In this document: positions 53,901 to 64,000 of the stretch, in pieces
How the letters are laid out: each line of letters starts with the position of its first letter
Position numbering within the stretch: position 1 is the stretch's first letter
Notes under the pieces: generated by a model
The model's input: the letters and a program-made list of their open reading frames with translations, nothing else
Database searches by the model: none
What the model was told of the DNA's origin: nothing
Position numbers and translations under genes: made by a program
Source of the DNA: Callorhinchus milii
Lineage: Eukaryota
Direction of reading: 5' to 3'
Assembly (NCBI RefSeq): GCF_018977255.1
Contig: NW_024704742.1
Location: forward strand, 32,490,001-32,554,000
Length of the DNA: 64,000 nucleotides

Positions 53901-56900
53901 GACAAAGGCATGGACCAGGGTTTCAGTGGCTTTTGGAGTGAGGTATTGGTGGAGACGGGCGATGCGTCAGAGGTGGAAGAAAGCGGTGCTGGTGAAGGAC
54001 TGCACGTGGGGGAGGAAGGATAATTGGGGGTCGAACCTGACGTCTAGGTTGCGTATGGGTTCGGAGAGTTTTAGGGTGTGGTTGGGTAGGTGGAGGAGGT
54101 GAGAACCATGTGATTTTAAATGTTGACGAGAGCCAAAGAGCCAAAGCTTCTGTCTTGTCAACATTCAGCTGAAGGAAATTTGCGGTCATCCAGCCCTGAG
54201 ATCTGGCAGGCAGGCTGACAGAACATCAGGGTGCTGGGGGTCACAATGTGAGGTGGAAAAATAGAGTTGGTTGTCATCCACATACATGTGGAAGTGTACC
54301 CCTTGTCTGCGGATGACATCCCCAAGAGAGAGTATGTAGATCAGAAAGAGGAGGGGGCCAAGGATGGATCCTTGGGATATCCTGCAGGTAACTGGATGAG
54401 AGCGGGGAGGAGAAGCCGTTTGTGCAAATGTGCTGCTGGCAGTTTGTGAGGTAATAATAATAATCCTTGCATTTGATATAGCGTTTTCAGGTCTTCTAGA
54501 CGTCTCAAAGTGCTTCACAGAATAAGCTGTAAAGTGAATTGACTGTATATTTTGTGGGTGAAATGGTAGGACTCGAACCAGGCGAGTGCGGTCCCACTGA
54601 GGTGGATGACGGAGGAAAGGCGGTGGAGGAGGATGGTGTGATCGACTGTGTTGAACGCGGCGGAGAGGTCCAGGAGGACAAGGAAGCAGAGGGAGCCTTG
54701 GTCATAGGTAGAGAGGATGTCATTTGTGATTTTCACAAGCGCAGTCTCTGTACTGTGGGCAGGGCGGAAACCGGACTGGAGGGGTTCGAAGAGAGAGTGG
54801 GAGAGGTGTGCGCTGAGTTGATTTGCAACAATGCGTTCACTGCCAATGGTGGGCACGCAGGATGGGGAACATGGAGCAGATAGGAGTCAGCTGAGCAGAG
54901 GAAGGAAACAAGCCGGTGTGGGTTAGCAAGTCAAGCCCTATTGGTGGTGGGGAGGGTGGTAGAGGGGGAGGTTTGGGGAAGAGAAAACTGAATTCTTTCC
55001 AATTGTAATTTCACAAACAAACCTCCTTTGTGTGAGGGATTTACTGCCTGGTGGTCCTGATTGATGTTTGTTCAGTACCGTGAGTCCACAAGCCTCTACG
55101 GTACTGAGCATCAACCAATAATGGAGGATTGCACTTGGAAAACTGAATCTCAATGCAGTCGTCTTGCAGTGCACATGTTGAGCATGCACCTGCCTCCGAG
55201 AGTGAAACCTGATCATACATTAATCAGTTCTGTACACAAGTTTACTGACCCAGAGGATTTTTTAAAGGTGATAGTTAAGGTCTTTATTTGCCAAAGTGAT
55301 TCATATTTGAAGATATGAGGTGAAATTTATAGCATTTCATCTGCATTATCTCCCAAGCCCATCAACCCAATTCATATCATGCTCCAATGGCTCTCTGTCT
55401 CTGAAAAGATCACTCTCACACACAAATCCCTTCACACCCACATCTTCGCTCAATTGGCACAGGTTTCGGCACATCCCACAACTCATCTGCGCCACAATCG
55501 TGGCCGTGCCTTCAGCCACATTTCCCCCAACCTCTGAAACTCCCTGCCTTCAAGTCCTCTGCCTCGCCCCCAGTCTCTTTGTCTATCTTTAAAATCCTAA
55601 CTGAAGACCTACATCTGCAATTCCACCTATGGTCACCTCTACCTCTAGCTCCCTTCCCCCTTGTTTGGCGTTCAAGCCCGCCACTATGCCACTCGCCAAA
55701 ACAATGTTCAGCATGAAGGGCGGTATATAAGTGCAAGTTACTGCTGTTGTACAAGGTGCACCTTATGAAATATCACAAATTTCACCTTTATGCTTCACTA
55801 CATTAAAAGAACAGTTGTTGTCTTTAATAATTGTATGATTAGCACTTTACATCAGTCACATACACAGACCTCCAGGGATGGGCTGGACTCGCTAACAGTA
55901 AAGAGATATTTCCTTATGGAATAAAATGGACATCCAGCTAAAGATTTGACCACATTTTACTAAAACTTGTATTTTCTGTGAGATCTTAGGCTGGTGGCCT
56001 CCCATCCATACTACAATCTGCACAAAATTCTATCTATTGATGATCTTATGCCTAACAAGACCCTCGACTGGTAACAGTTCTGTATGGAGGACATGAACAG
56101 TCAAAGCTTAGCATGTGATCGTCATCCTCCTTTCCCATCTTCAAGTAGCAACTGAAAACCATCCTCTTCGACTGTGCTAACAGTCACCTCCCACCTCCCC
56201 CCGACTTAGCATCGTACTTCGCCCGTCAAGTGTCCTGGGACGCTACCCTGCATAAGGGGCGCTATATAAATGCAAGTTGTTGTTGATGACATTCGAAGTC
56301 ATTTAGCCATCTACATGCAGTAGATAATACTGATAATATGCTGTGATTCAGAGTGTATGACTTTTATCATAGAAGATTTACTCTTGCAAGTGCAGCAGAA
56401 CACCAATTGGTTGCTTGTCAGCTTATGCAAATCCGTGTTTATACGTTTGTACTTCAAAGAAAGAGACAGGCACAGAGTCAGAGAGAGTCGTAGAGAGAGA
56501 GACAGAAGAGAGGGTTAGATAGATTCTGTGGACCTGCCTGGCTTTTCTCTTCAGAGCCAGCTGAATGGCTGTGGCCTGGGATACTGGGAGTATTTGGCAT
56601 GAGCATATAACAGAACATTGAACATTGCAGCATAGCAAGCATGAGAGGCAACGGGTACAAGAGGTACCACATGTGAAGTTCACACGGGGTGGGAGGAGAG
56701 GCAAACCACCTGTGACATTGCACAGGGTCTTCACAATAACATTATTAACAGACAAATAATCTTAGTAACAGACAAACATCATACACCCACCCCTCCGCCC
56801 GCTCCTTCTCTTAACATGCTTTCTTTGCACATCTGCATGGTGAGCATTATAGTGGGGGTACCACTGCAATGTCACCACATCAGATTGATAAAGAGATGGA

Positions 56901-59900
56901 CAATTTTCAAGGAACAGACTGAAAGAGAAGCACATTTCCTGCTGGTGATATTACAGCACTTTGCTATTTCGGGTTCTTCCCCCATTTGATGAAAGCAGGA
57001 GCTCTGCTCTCAGTCACTCTGTGCTTTATGAACCCTTTCTCCAAGCCATGTGTTAACAAGATTATTGTAATAAATATGTTAAGCTAACCTTTGAGAGGGT
57101 ACGTTACTCGGCATATTCTCTGCATTAACGGGATGAAAGCTGGAAAACAAATATCCAGAGAATTCCAGAGCCTTTTTAGGAGGCTGGACGTGGTTTCGTC
57201 AATAAGCCACATTCCAGGACATTTACATACACACACGCACATGCATACCGCCATTAGAACTCTTCTGAAACACATAACAAGGGTCACAAGGGAAATCCTT
57301 TTCGGTGTCATGCTTACTCTGTTGAACCAGAAATTGTTGTTCATTTTAGCCACAGAGAGGAAACAATGGTATGAAAATTGATGCAGCCTGGTTTCTTTTA
57401 AAGCTGTGTCAAATCCAGCTCAAAACCTGTTCAAAGTCACTTCACTTAGCATTGACTAAAGTCATCCACATTGCGTTTATTTTCCAAACCATAGCGTAAG
57501 TGTGAGTTTACTTCCATTTAGTCGTAGTAAATGTGTTATCATTGGGAAGTACCAACGTCTTGATGTTAACCCAGTTCATTCAAATATAATAGGATTTGCA
57601 ATGCTTCACGCCAGAGAATATCAGGAATCTTGAATCCTTTACTGCGATGTCTCAGACTCTCACTGTAGCTCTGTTTCGATCACTGTTAACAGGCATTAAA
57701 ATTTTCATTGCAATCTGACTTCAGAATATTCTATACACCAATCCTTTTTTCAAAAAACGTGTATTCATCTTGCTTTAGGTAATTATTTTAATGTTTGTTC
57801 ACCCTCTCGATAAAGTGGATATAAAGTCTGTGACAAATTAATTTGTCATTTCATGAAATGTACTTGGAATTGACAAATGAGACTCCCAGAAAAACTTTCC
57901 AATGTAGAAACGCATTGCACGTCTGTACTTATTGCAGTGCATGCATTCCCATTTGTTTCACCAGTTTCATGAAACTCACCACTGGTGTGTGTGTGAATTA
58001 GTTAGGAAGGCATTTATTAGTCGAGTAAAAAAACTTTTGGTAAAGTGGTTGTTTGATATTATTCAAAGCAGTGGTGTGCTACACTGGCTTTGTCAGGTTT
58101 CAAAGTCCCGCTGGAACATTTTACACAGGTACAATTCTCATGTCAAATCCCATGTAGATGTTGGTGCTTTATTCATCAACAACAAAAATAAAATTACATT
58201 TATACAGTGCCTTTCACGTCAGAAGGGGGCCCCAAGGCGCTGGACAGTTAAGGGTTTGCACCCGAGTTGATGGTTGGAATTAAGAGGGGTGGAGGATAGA
58301 GGAGATGGGAGAGTGGCTGAAAGCACAACTTCAGTAATGACTCGGGATTATCAACAATGGAGATGTTTTGTAAAAAAAAAATCGGCCATGTCTTACTGAA
58401 GAATATCTCATAAGTGATGCTTAGTTTATACCTTCCCTGTTGTTTCACAGTGGTAAACACAGTGGGTGTTTCCCACCCTTGGCATTGACAGTGTGGTCAA
58501 TGCTGTGTAGCAGACAGTTTGAAAAACACTGCATCTCTTTGACTGTTTGCTTTATCAAGGCCACGATTCCTGCCTTAATAACTTGGGAGAGAGTTCCTCT
58601 GCCCCTGTCACTAGTGGCCAGACATTCCTTGAATGAGAAATGTTCCCCTGGGCTACCTCTGAATAAGGGCCATGCTTCTCATCTCCAAATACATTTTATT
58701 TTAGCTTAAAAAAAGTAAACCACGATCCTGGATTTATTACAGAGGATGAACTTGAAAGAGATACAGTCTTATCTGCATCCCATTGAAGAAATGGCTTGAT
58801 TTCAACTTGGTTCAGGATTGTTATTGTAACTGGGACTGAGTCACCCATTCTGTCCCAACAGCTGAAAGCAGGCAAATTCTTCACAGAACACGTACATTTT
58901 ATTTTTATAAAGTACTAAAAACAAAAATATGTTTTAGAATTAACAAAAAAAAGGGAAATTCAGTTCATTTTTGAGAATTATTCAAGATAAAAAGGATGCA
59001 AGTCGAAACGTATAATGCGAGTCTTCACGGCGCTTTAGTGGAAGCACATTAAAGCGCCAGCAATGTGAAAAAGCACCAGAAAGCCCTCACTTAGTGAAAG
59101 CCCTCACTAAGCTGCATATGAATAGGCAGGCACAAGCTTTAGCTAGAATAAACATCAACCAACGGATGTTGAAAGCCAGTCATTCCAAAGCACCAGCAGC
59201 AGTGCATATTTCCCCTTAACCCCAGCATGCTGCGTGAATGTTCTAGCAACTTGTTAAAGCCCCCCCACACTCCCACCCTAACCATGTTATATCTAAAATA
59301 GCTGTCGATCACACACCTATTAACACCATACCAACCTGTCCGCTCCGTCTTCTCGGCAGGCACTGGCCTGCTTCGTGTCCCCCGCTCTACCCGTCCCACC
59401 TTCGGCGGTCAGGCCTTCAGTTTTTCTGCCCCCACCACACGGAATCCTCCACCTCGCTCCCTCCCTTGCCTCCTTCAAGACCCGCCTCAAGACTTTCCTC
59501 TTTGGCCATGCTTTCGGCAACCCTCCCCACCTCTACCTTTCACCCCTCTTGATTCCAACCCCCAGCTCAGGTGTAAACCCTTTACTGTCCAGCCCCTTGA
59601 GACGTCCTTCCAACGTGAATCATAGATTCATAGAATTTTACAGAATAGGAGGCCATTCGGCCCATCGTGTCTGTGCTGGTTCTTTGAAAGAGCTACCAAC
59701 TAGTTCCACATCCCCGCTCTTAACCCATAACTCTGCATTTTTTTCCCCTTTTAAGTACCTATCTAATTCCCTTTTGAAAACTATTACAGAATCTGCTTCC
59801 ATCACCCATTCAGGCAATGCATTCCAGACCGCAACAACTCTCTAAAGAGTAAAAAGGATTCTCCTCGGCTCCCCTCTGGTTATTCTGACAATTATCTTAA

Positions 59901-62900
59901 ATCTGTGTCTTCTTAAAATCCATTCACCCACCTGCCAGAGGAAAGTTTCTCCCTATCTACTCTATCAAAACCCCTCATAGTTTTGAACATAATTTCTTTT
60001 GAAAGGCGCTATATAAATGTAATTTGTTATTGCTGTTGTATTTTCCACTAGCAATGAAGAAACACTCGTCTCAGTCTACAACAGCCAATCAGTGCGCAAA
60101 AGTCCCATTCTGTTTCACAAGTACTTATGGTACTGTTTCATTGCATCCCTGTTTGAGGGAAATACTGTGCTGTTTCGTATTCCTCGATGTTGTATAACTA
60201 CACTTGCATTCCCCCACGATGGAGATCCCAACTTCCTGTTTTGCTGTTTGGTTGTGCGTAAAGTCCCTGATGGATCCAATGTCCCTTTCTTTGAATTTTA
60301 AAAGTTTTCATTCTGTGTCAATATTCACTTAAATAAATAATAATATGGCGCATTTGATATGGCACCTTTCACTTTGAGAGGAAACACTTCACAGGTTTTA
60401 CTTTAATGATTGTATTTTGTAGCTGAAGGTGGCATCCAATTTGTGAACAACAATGTCCCACAAACAGCCATGAAGTGAATGATCGAATTTTATCGGGGGA
60501 TTGTTGGCCAGGACACTGGCCATGGAAGATTTAGCATTCACCTGAACAATCAGAAGGGACCTTGGTTTAACATCTCATCTGAAGGACATCTCTGACAATG
60601 CAGGGCTGATGTGTCAGTCTAGGCTACCAATTCCAACAACAATAAAATTACATTTCTATAGCGCCTTTCAAGTCAGGAGGACATCCCAAGGTGCTGGACA
60701 GTCAGAGTTTCGGACCTGAGCTGGGGGTCGGAATCGGGGAGGGCGGAGGGCAGGCGGGGAAGCAGGGTGATCGAAAGCACGGTCGAAGAGGAGGTTCTTG
60801 AGATGAATCTTGAAGGAGGCAAGGGAGTGGGAGAGGCGGAAAGACTGTGGGATGGAGTTCTAGAGAGTGGGGGCAGAGTGGCAGAAGGCCCGCCCGCCAA
60901 TAGTGGGGTGAGTGAGATGGTGGACGTGAAGTAGACCGGAGCCTGTTGAGCGGAGGGAGCGAGCAGGATGGTAGGGGGTTAGGAGGTCAGAGAGGTAGGG
61001 GGGAACAAGACCATGGAGGGTTTTGAAGGTGAGGACCAGGATCTTGAACTGTATCCTCTGTGTGATGGGAAGCCAGTGGAGTCGGGCTAGGATGGGGGTA
61101 TTAGTCCCAAGTCCCAAAGTCTAACAACCTTCTAATTCAGAGGCAAGAGAGCTACCAATTGAGTCACGCTGACACTTAACAACATATACAAAATTATCTT
61201 CTCTAACACTGCCCCACCCATCCTTTTGAAAATATTTCTATTTCTCACTCTTCAGCAGCTTTGTACAGTGTCTATTTCAGCAGTGAATGAAAGCCCCGGC
61301 TTGGGCAAGAGACTTTTCTTGGGTGTAAATCTCTTTGTCAATGAGCCAAAGCGGCAGCTAATTAATAACGTATTTAACAGGTTTTTAAAGTCCAGATGGT
61401 ATGTAATAGGGCATAATACGCACACACTCAATGTAACAGCCCTTTCGATAGAACTTAATAGCCTCAACTCTTGCAAATTCCCTCTAGTATCCTCTAAAAG
61501 GACTAGCATTTCAGTAGCCATTTGGATCATGTGTAAAATCCAGCTCTCCAAATAAAATCCAAATAAAAGCCCTTGATGATGTGTAAACCCCTCAGCTCTG
61601 TGTTAAAACCTCCAGCTTTGTATAAAAACCCCTGGCGAGGTTGGAAAAGGCCCGGCGAGGTGGGAAAAGCCCCTGGCAAGGTGGGAAAAGCCCCTGGCGA
61701 GGTCAGAAAAGCCCCTGGCGAGATGGGAAAGCGCATGCGAGCATGTGGCGGTACTCACGTTGACAATGACCCCAGGACCTGCGGTTCCATCCCCAGCAGC
61801 AATCCACTCGGAGCCCATAGCGACAGAAGCCACCCGAAGTGGAGCGAAGTTTGCGGACCCTGAACAGAAAACACTGTTATAGTAACACAAGCGGGAACAC
61901 GAAAGGGTTAAAGGGAGAGTCACAGGGGATTGGGTAAAAGGTAGAGACTTAGCACAACAGCACAACCTGGAGAGAATTCCTGAGCCGGGAGTGCAACTTT
62001 TTTCTCTTCGCACAAAATAAAATCAACAAAAACGAACAACAAATTGCATTTATATAGTGCCTTTCACATCTGCTTTTTGTTTGGTCTGAGTCAGAGACTG
62101 GCCGAGGAAAGAGATGCCAGTCCCTAGAATAATAATAATAATCTTTGCATTTGGTATAGTGCTTTATCATGTCAGCAGGATGTCTCAAAGCGCTTCAGAG
62201 AAATTATTGTGAAATGGAGTGACTAGGCAAAACACAGCAGCACAATTGCACACAGCAACGTCCCACAAACAGCCATGAAACAAGTGACCAGTTTTATTTG
62301 GAAGGTTGTTGGCCAGGACTCCAGGAGAGAGAAACTCCCTCTTCCCCTTAAACACTGCCAAGGGATCCCCAACGTCCACCTGAGCAGGCAGATGGGAAGT
62401 TACAGTCCAAACCCCAGAAATCACTGCATGTTAGAGCGCTCGTAGACAGATCTCTGGATTGCTGCATTCCTGTACATTGCTGAATAAGTACACCACATCT
62501 AACGCAAGCCTGGGCATGAGGGCACACGGTGCCTGTATGTCTGACACACTTTAATCATGAGCATCTTACAAATAGGTTAACATCTTTTCATTCAGCCATT
62601 CCTACACATTGCATGCACTTTGATCTTTTTTTATTTACAGAGAAAATACGGTTAAATAAATAAATGAATAATCCATTGCATGACTTATTTTCACAATAAC
62701 TTCAGGGTTAAACTTGGCAACAATATAATAATAATAATAATCTTTGCATTTGATATAACACCTTATCAAGTCGTTGAGATGTCTCAAAGCACTTCACAGA
62801 ATATACCGTAAAGTGAACTGACCGTATATTTGTGGGCGAAAGGCAGCAGCCAATTGCACACACCAATGTCCCACAAACAGTCATGGATTGGGTGACCAAA

Positions 62901-63491
62901 TTATCATTATTACTTTTTTTTTCACAAGTGTCATTCCTGCGAATTGTGTATATGAAATTGCACATTAGAATACATCAACAGAAAGTAATAAGTTGCTGAG
63001 CTATTTTCCCGAGGTGCGTGTTAATAATAATGCTTGCATTTGATTTAGCGCTTTATCGGGTAGTTGAGACGGCTCAAAGCGCTTCGCAGGATATACCGTA
63101 AAGTAAATTGACTGTATATTTTGTGCAGCGAAACGCAGCAGCCAGTGTCCCACTGTCAGTCCTGGATTCAGTTTAGGGATTGTTGGAGGGGTTATTATCC
63201 CCAGAAAGCCATCTGCTAACAACTGGATTCCTACTTGCTGCGGGTAAACAGGGGTGTCGGGGGTCATGGGGTGGTTGAGACCTCTCAAGGGGCTTCACAG
63301 CATATAATGTAAAGTGAATCGACTGTGTATTTTGTGGGTGAAACGTTGCTGTGTGAGTTGTGCAGCTGCAGACGAGTGCCTCTTTCTTACCTGCTGCTGC
63401 TGCTGCTGCTGCTGGTGCTTTGCTCCGCCGCTGCCCACAGAGAGAGTGAGGACACAGTCAACACTTTCACGAATAAAGCCCACATCTTCAT
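38792..63491 (-). CDS. NPNT: Nephronectin, exons 1-5 only (signal peptide + three EGF-like modules); candidate 5' half of NPNT-ACAT2 chimera
   Basis: Exons 63491-63391, 61859-61759, (57139-57089 cassette), 45340-45248, 39870-39751, 38911-38792 in frame. [39 protein letters not shown] matches NPNT rather than EGFL6 (from recall). No exon-6 EGF, RGD or MAM exons found downstream. Confidence 0.9.
39751..39870 (-). CDS. NPNT: NPNT exon 4 (Ca-binding EGF)
   Basis: cacag|[40 protein letters not shown]|gtaag; 120 nt. Confidence 0.95.
40699..41351. mobile_element. Nested SINEs: antisense copy (40912-41227) inside a sense copy
   Basis: Outer element breaks at CACCCACAAAT and resumes at ATATGGTCAATTCA (41231). 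Confidence 0.87.
42790..43390. repeat. 18-19 bp minisatellite GAGCCCCAGTGGGTGGAAT and variants
   Basis: Tandem array in NPNT intron 3. Confidence 0.9.
44761..44940. repeat. Dispersed palindromic repeat family member
   Basis: TATGTAGCATT...TCTTAATTTT..GCCAGTTTTC..TTTCTT|TAAGAAA..GAAAACCGGC..AAAATTAAGA...AATGCTACATA. Confidence 0.75.
45248..45340 (-). CDS. NPNT: NPNT exon 3 (EGF-like)
   Basis: accag|[30 protein letters not shown]|gtaag; 93 nt. Confidence 0.93.
46553..47884 (+). mobile_element. L2-clade LINE 3' fragment with tail
   Basis: [33 protein letters not shown], tail CGCCTTGGGACGTCC..GGCGCTATA..(TTG)n. Confidence 0.9.
48546..49339 (+). repeat. 119-bp local direct duplication (48546-48664 and 49221-49339)
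   Basis: Ungapped, 8 mismatches by hand. Confidence 0.9.
53336..54840 (-). mobile_element. L2-clade LINE fragment interrupted by a SINE tail (54452-54562)
   Basis: [47 protein letters not shown]; (AAC)n tail at 53336. Confidence 0.9.
57089..57139 (-). CDS. NPNT: NPNT 51-nt alternative cassette exon
   Basis: ttttccag|(P)[17 protein letters not shown]|gttag; symmetric phase 1; resembles the 17-aa insert of mammalian NPNT isoforms (PFYVLRQRIARIRCQLK, recalled). Confidence 0.72.
59620..60000 (-). mobile_element. CR1-clade LINE 3' fragment inserted in an L2 tail (other CR1 pieces about 2470-2830, 6650-6900, 9150-9400, 14270-14430, 37000-37400)
   Basis: CATAGAATTTTACAG..GGAGGCCATTCGGCCCATC CR1-type tail; L2 tail resumes at 60001. 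Confidence 0.75.
61624..61732. repeat. 21-bp tandem repeat AAAAGCCCCTGGCGAGGTGGG, about 5 copies
   Basis: Direct inspection. Confidence 0.85.
61759..61859 (-). CDS. NPNT: NPNT exon 2
   Basis: ttcag|[33 protein letters not shown]|gtgag; 101 nt. Confidence 0.92.
63391..63491 (-). CDS. NPNT: NPNT exon 1 (signal peptide, poly-Ser)
   Basis: [35 protein letters not shown]|gtaag; VSSLxLxAAAE resembles the NPNT signal peptide; phase-2 end matches exon 2; start could be the second ATG (63485). Confidence 0.82.
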
Positions 63492-63635
63492 CCGCTCTGC
63501 ACACAGAGACCCCACTCCACTCCTCCTGGCGATGGATGGGCTTGAGATGCGCCTGGACCTTTGGGTTTTGCAGCTGCTGTCTCTGGTTCCCTGTTGGGGC
63601 ACTGTCTCCCTGGAGAGGAGAGGAGAGCTGAGCTG

Positions 63636-63674
63636 CACTCACTCACTGACTCACTGACTCACTCACTCACTCAC
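63636..63674. repeat. (TCAC/TGAC)n tetranucleotide repeat upstream of the NPNT start
   Basis: Direct inspection. Confidence 0.8.
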
Positions 63675-64000
63675 AGTGGATTGACTTCTGTCCCAGATCA
63701 GCCAGGGAGGAGATCGACCCTTGTTTGCTCCTCCTTCACCTCCCTCTACCCCCCCCCCCCCCCCCCCTGGGAAAAAGGATCACTTCTCCTGGGAAAAAAG
63801 TCTTGTGAGAACTCCCTTTGAGAGAAAGAAGGGTGGATCTGGTCAGTGGATCACTCACTCCCCAGCCTTTGGAGGAGAGACATAGCAGCCCTGCAAACAG
63901 TCCTGGAGAAATGCCAGTCCTCTCTTCTGGTGGTTGGATCTCCTCACTGTTAGTGATCTGTCTGTCTGTCTGTCTGTCTGACTCAGTGACTTGTGCTGCA

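Noticed and set aside
59139..59399. ORF containing CCW as a candidate NPNT exon 2
   Set aside because: The true exon 2 is at 61759-61859; this ORF lacks the other conserved residues and overlaps an L2 fragment.

Overview
Vertebrate genomic DNA, most likely from a cartilaginous fish (inferred from the tRNA/Deu-type SINE, L2 and shark-type CR1 repeats). Genes were found by manual exon tracing with canonical GT-AG sites and phase checks. (1) Last 10 coding exons of methionine synthase MTR (+, 1226-12605). (2) A complete 6-exon ADP-dependent glucokinase gene, probably the adpgk2-type paralogue (-, 21878-32046, 475 aa), with a CpG-island promoter. (3) An orphan 3' fragment of TCP1 (+, exons 10-12 only, frameshifted in the last exon). 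(4) Exons 5-9 of ACAT2 (-), with no exons 1-4. (5) Exons 1-5 plus a 51-nt cassette exon of nephronectin NPNT (-), with no exons 6 onward. Main finding: the NPNT 5' half and ACAT2 3' half lie on the same strand 1.2 kb apart with matching phase-1 splice sites. They join into one uninterrupted 412-aa ORF (signal peptide + three EGF-like modules + C-terminal thiolase part lacking the nucleophilic Cys), a candidate chimeric gene for a secreted pseudo-enzyme. The adjacent TCP1 fragment shows decay. Misassembly cannot be excluded from sequence alone. Introns also hold SINEs, L2/CR1 fragments, a dispersed palindromic repeat family, minisatellites and short local duplications, including a dead copy of part of an MTR exon.
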